Shown: piece by piece, positions 28,789 to 32,000 of the stretch
Layout of the letters: each line of letters starts with the position of its first letter
How positions within the stretch are numbered: the stretch's first letter is position 1
Origin: an uncultured archaeon
GTDB taxonomy: Archaea; Asgardarchaeota; Thorarchaeia; Thorarchaeales; CAZPUN01
DNA length: 32,000 nt
Direction of reading: 5' to 3'
NCBI GenBank assembly: GCA_964589775.1
Contig: CAZPUN010000033.1
Location: 7,104 to 39,103, forward strand
The notes under the pieces: generated by a model
The model's input: only the letters and a program-made list of their open reading frames with translations
Told to the model about the DNA's origin: nothing
Databases searched by the model: none
Program-made: the position numbers and the translations under genes

Positions 28789-29625
28789 ATGGAAGACAAT
28801 TACGGAAAACATTTTATTCCAACAATTCATGTCGTAGGACCGCATAACTCGGGTAAAACCACGTTTATGGTTAAACTCATGAAAGCTTTGAAAGAGCAGG
28901 GTGCGCGCGTTGCAGTTCTCAAACATATATCAATTGAGAATTTTAACATTGATACAAAAGGTAAAGATAGCGCTATTTACTGGGATTCTGGTGCAGATGC
29001 CGTAATTATTCGCGCAGACAAGCAAGCAGTTCTAATTGAACATAAAAGCGACAAAGATGCAACTATGGGGGAAATATATAGATCCCTGCCAGACAACATA
29101 GATATTTTAATGATTGAAGGATTTAAACAGCTTGTCAGACGATCCCATTCAGGTATAATTGCTTTTCTGAATACAAAGGACGATGAAAAGGAATATGTTC
29201 CAGCGTCCAAGAGGCTTCTCATCGCAAAACTAAGCATAAAAGGTGTAGAAGGAACACTTGATCCCGAAAAGGACTTTGAAAAAATCATGGAACTCGTCAA
29301 TAAGAATCTTGAACGCCAGAAGCAACTTAAAGATATATTAGAAAAATTACCGGGTATAGACTGCGGCCATTGTGGTCCACCACGTTGTATAGACTTTGCA
29401 CAATTGATTCTAGATGGTACTAAGAAAATCGAAGATTGCTACATAATTCAAAAGAGAAAAGAACTCGAAATTACAATTAAAATTAAAGGTGAAACGATAG
29501 AATTACATCCATTTGTAGCAGATATAATCAGAAAACCGATTCTGGCAGCATTATCAACACTCAAGGGAGTGAAAATTGAAGGTAATGAAGAAGTCTATCT
29601 GGAAGTAAATTCGCCAGAGGAATAA
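28789..29625 (+). CDS. mobB: Molybdopterin-guanine dinucleotide biosynthesis protein MobB with C-terminal Fe-S domain
   Basis: VVGPHNSGKTT, VAVLKH, DTKGKDS, IEGFK, LPGIDCGHCG...C...C; GAGGAGG SD. Confidence 0.92.
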   Translation: MEDNYGKHFIPTIHVVGPHNSGKTTFMVKLMKALKEQGARVAVLKHISIENFNIDTKGKDSAIYWDSGADAVIIRADKQAVLIEHKSDKDATMGEIYRSLPDNIDILMIEGFKQLVRRSHSGIIAFLNTKDDEKEYVPASKRLLIAKLSIKGVEGTLDPEKDFEKIMELVNKNLERQKQLKDILEKLPGIDCGHCGPPRCIDFAQLILDGTKKIEDCYIIQKRKELEITIKIKGETIELHPFVADIIRKPILAALSTLKGVKIEGNEEVYLEVNSPEE

Positions 29626-30128
29626 GATAGATCATCAAGCAATACTTGAGGCAATCGGTCTCTATTAGAATGCGAAACAACGTATATCTTTACATCTTTT
29701 CTTTCTTTTATTTGCATACCAACTCCATGTATTTTTTGAGCTATGGTTCCGAATACTCTGCCAGTGTCTAAACAGTTCATAATCGTATCTACAAACAATT
29801 CAGAAAATAATTCCATCTTTCCAATCTCATCGATAACGATTAGAGAATTAATCTCGTTAAGACCACGAATTAGTTCAGGAATTGCAATTTTCTCTAAATC
29901 TCTTAGTAAGACACTATAACGACCTACATGTATTGAAGATCTTTGATCTATTCGTGCAAGGATACCACGACGCCCGGATAACGTAACAATATCAAATCCA
30001 ATTCTTCGATTGTGCTCACGAACTTCCTCAGTGAAAAAGCCAAAGGCTGGGCGATCTAATCTTGAAAGAACTTTTTTAACAATAGTTGTTTTTCCAATTC
30101 CAGGCGGACCTGTTAAGAGAATGTTCAA
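29595..30128 (-). CDS. Nucleoside triphosphatase (NTPase_1/THEP1, COG1618-type)
   Basis: TGPPGIGKTT, GFFTEEVRE...RIGF, VGRYSV, VIDEIGKMEL. TTG start overlaps the pmbA stop. Confidence 0.93.
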   Translation of the reverse strand: MNILLTGPPGIGKTTIVKKVLSRLDRPAFGFFTEEVREHNRRIGFDIVTLSGRRGILARIDQRSSIHVGRYSVLLRDLEKIAIPELIRGLNEINSLIVIDEIGKMELFSELFVDTIMNCLDTGRVFGTIAQKIHGVGMQIKERKDVKIYVVSHSNRDRLPQVLLDDLSYSSGEFTSR

Positions 30129-31531
30129 ATTCGCACACGCCCTAAGGATAATTGTGGGATGAATGCTCGCGAATGCGACTGAACAGATGCATTTCGAAAC
30201 ATGATATTCGGACCAATAAGAGGTTCAGATACAATTTGTTCTTTTCCAACCATTTCAACAGAATTTAGCAGCTTCCAAATATTACCAGCTAATGCCGCAC
30301 CGACAATCGCGCCTTTAATTTCACCATTGCGTATTAAATATCCGGGAGATAAAATTACATGAAAATCACCAGTTGCAGGATTTGCGCCAAAAGCACCCAT
30401 GACGTTCTTTACGAAGATTCCATCTGAGATTGATGAGATCATTTCTTCAAAAGTTGCATCACCAGAATCTATAACGAGATTTGTTGGTAAAATACCAATG
30501 TGTGATTTTCTGTAGTCGCGAACTGCATTTCCAGTAGATTCCGTACTATACCGATTAGCCCAGTAATGGTTCCAGATGAAATTCTTCAATACACCCTTTT
30601 CGAAAATTGGAAATCGCTTGTGTGGTAAACCTTCACCATCAAATACAGATGATTTAAACCCGAGTGGATGCATACCATCGTCGTAAATATTTAATTGATC
30701 ACTTATCAATTGATCTCCAATTTTTGAACCGAGATTTGACCGCCCTCGAACAATATTAGCGCCATGTATTGCTGGGATCAGTGAAAACTCAAATAGCCAA
30801 CCGAGAGCACTTGGAGCTAAAATTATATTAGTAGTACGTGTCTCAAATTTCTCAATATTTTTTAGTAGTTTTAATTCTTCAATAAAATCATTGGATATCT
30901 TCTCAACGTCAATATCAAGACCGCGGGAGAACACATCAGTAAATACAGGAGGTGAAATCCAATCCTGACCGTTTAGGAATGCGTTTGCAGATATTCTAAC
31001 ACATGTTTCACGCTTTTCAACATGAAGACCGCTCGTGTTTACACCAACTTCTCTTAGTGAACACGCAGTTACTGAAAGATTTTCAAGATGAATACCCAAA
31101 GAACTCTTTGAGAGTATATCACGTATTTCTTCAGAAATGGAAATTAGAGTACATGGATTTACATCATTTACTTCGTTCTGCCAAAACACATTAGGTTCAT
31201 TGATTTTTTCGCCCTTTGGAAATCCGGGCCAATTCTTTATTGACTGACTTGCCTCTGCAGCCCAAGTGGCTTGCTTGATTATTTTGTATAAATTATCTTC
31301 ACTCAAATTATTAGTAAAAGAGCCACCAATTGCTCTTCGCATGTATAATCGAACATTTATGCCAGAGTCATCATATGCGTTTGCCTGGGTGATTCCATTA
31401 TTGCTCGATATTACTTCAACACCTTGTACCTTACGCACGAAAATCTCACTTTCTTTAGCATTATATCGTTTAGCTCGTTTTATGCCTTGATATGCTAAAT
31501 TCACAAGATTTTCTAAGATATCATCGGACAT
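30125..31531 (-). CDS. pmbA: TldD/PmbA family protein (PmbA/TldE-like)
   Basis: FDGEG, STGNAVR, PTNL, ANPATGDF, LAGN motifs. ATG at 31531 follows GGTGA (track start 31543). Confidence 0.88.
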   Translation of the reverse strand: MSDDILENLVNLAYQGIKRAKRYNAKESEIFVRKVQGVEVISSNNGITQANAYDDSGINVRLYMRRAIGGSFTNNLSEDNLYKIIKQATWAAEASQSIKNWPGFPKGEKINEPNVFWQNEVNDVNPCTLISISEEIRDILSKSSLGIHLENLSVTACSLREVGVNTSGLHVEKRETCVRISANAFLNGQDWISPPVFTDVFSRGLDIDVEKISNDFIEELKLLKNIEKFETRTTNIILAPSALGWLFEFSLIPAIHGANIVRGRSNLGSKIGDQLISDQLNIYDDGMHPLGFKSSVFDGEGLPHKRFPIFEKGVLKNFIWNHYWANRYSTESTGNAVRDYRKSHIGILPTNLVIDSGDATFEEMISSISDGIFVKNVMGAFGANPATGDFHVILSPGYLIRNGEIKGAIVGAALAGNIWKLLNSVEMVGKEQIVSEPLIGPNIMFRNASVQSHSRAFIPQLSLGRVRI

Positions 31532-32000
31532 TTTGATCACCATTAGTTTCAGCAGTTATATGAATGCTGCCTTTCTTTAGCCGTGCGTAAGGTCCGCCAA
31601 GAGAAACATATACTACTTGTCTTTTCTTATAGCATCGTGCTGGAAACATCTGGAAATCTTTGGATAATGCTTCAATTCCAGATAATGCTTCTAGGCCAAA
31701 TCCATCAATAGATAGGTCCCGGACTGGCGAACCTATTTCACCACGTACGATTTCATAAGCTTCTTGAATTGTTATCTGAAAGTTAGAATTCAGATTTGCA
31801 TGACCTGCACGATAGTCCACAATGTAATATCCGAAATCAATACCATCAAATAATTCTTCAAAAGAATGATCCTTAGGCTCTATGTAGGTATTTCGCATAC
31901 GAATTAAAGGTGGAAAACGAAAATCTTGACTACGTGCATTACCCGTGAGTGAGAGATTCAAATCACTCGCAAGTTTCCGGTCTGTTAATAGATTTTCTAA
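31521..32000 (-). CDS. tldD: TldD metalloprotease, C-terminal part (5' end beyond the right edge)
   Basis: Frame is open to 32000: LENLLTDRKLA...TGNARSQDFRFPPLIRMRNTYIEP...CYKKRQVVYVSLGGP. Confidence 0.88.
   Translation of the reverse strand, partial: LENLLTDRKLASDLNLSLTGNARSQDFRFPPLIRMRNTYIEPKDHSFEELFDGIDFGYYIVDYRAGHANLNSNFQITIQEAYEIVRGEIGSPVRDLSIDGFGLEALSGIEALSKDFQMFPARCYKKRQVVYVSLGGPYARLKKGSIHITAETNGDQNVR

Noticed and set aside
15381-31490. Other short antisense/off-frame ORFs (e.g. 15381, 16112, 17482, 19716, 21355, 24790, 26418, 28149, 28977, 31003, 31266)
   Set aside because: They overlap confidently assigned genes and show the S/I/F-rich composition typical of shadow frames.
23622-32000. 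RiPP/bacteriocin cluster (micro-protein plus TldD/E plus peptidase)
   Set aside because: No YcaO, radical SAM or lanthipeptide enzymes, and the genes lie in separate transcription units.
1-32000. CRISPR array, IS element, integrase or rRNA
   Set aside because: No regularly spaced direct repeats, transposase/integrase motifs or long non-coding GC-rich segments were seen.

Overview
AT-rich archaeal chromosomal window. GGTGA/GGAGG ribosome-binding sites, TATA/BRE-like promoters and oligo-T terminators support an archaeon, and the giant surface proteins suggest an Asgard archaeon, probably Thorarchaeia-like (inference, not a database result). The first 14.6 kb holds two tandem, colinear, closely spaced giant surface-protein paralogues on the minus strand. 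One is complete (2604 aa: signal peptide, jelly-roll-like head, about 17 Ig-like repeats, one TM helix, about 190-aa cytoplasmic tail). The other (>2276 aa) is absent from the ORF track because it runs off the left edge. The rest encodes a bacterial-type (class I) GAPDH, an MFS transporter, an orphan OppD/DppD ATPase, a double-wHTH regulator-like protein, a small charged protein, a membrane-anchored metzincin, a TPR protein, an unannotated 49-aa hydrophobic ORF, a glcD / CCG Fe-S protein / thioredoxin operon, a catalytically degenerate M20 peptidase with a 4-TM partner, mobB, an NTPase, pmbA and a partial tldD. No rRNA, tRNA, CRISPR array or mobile element was recognised.
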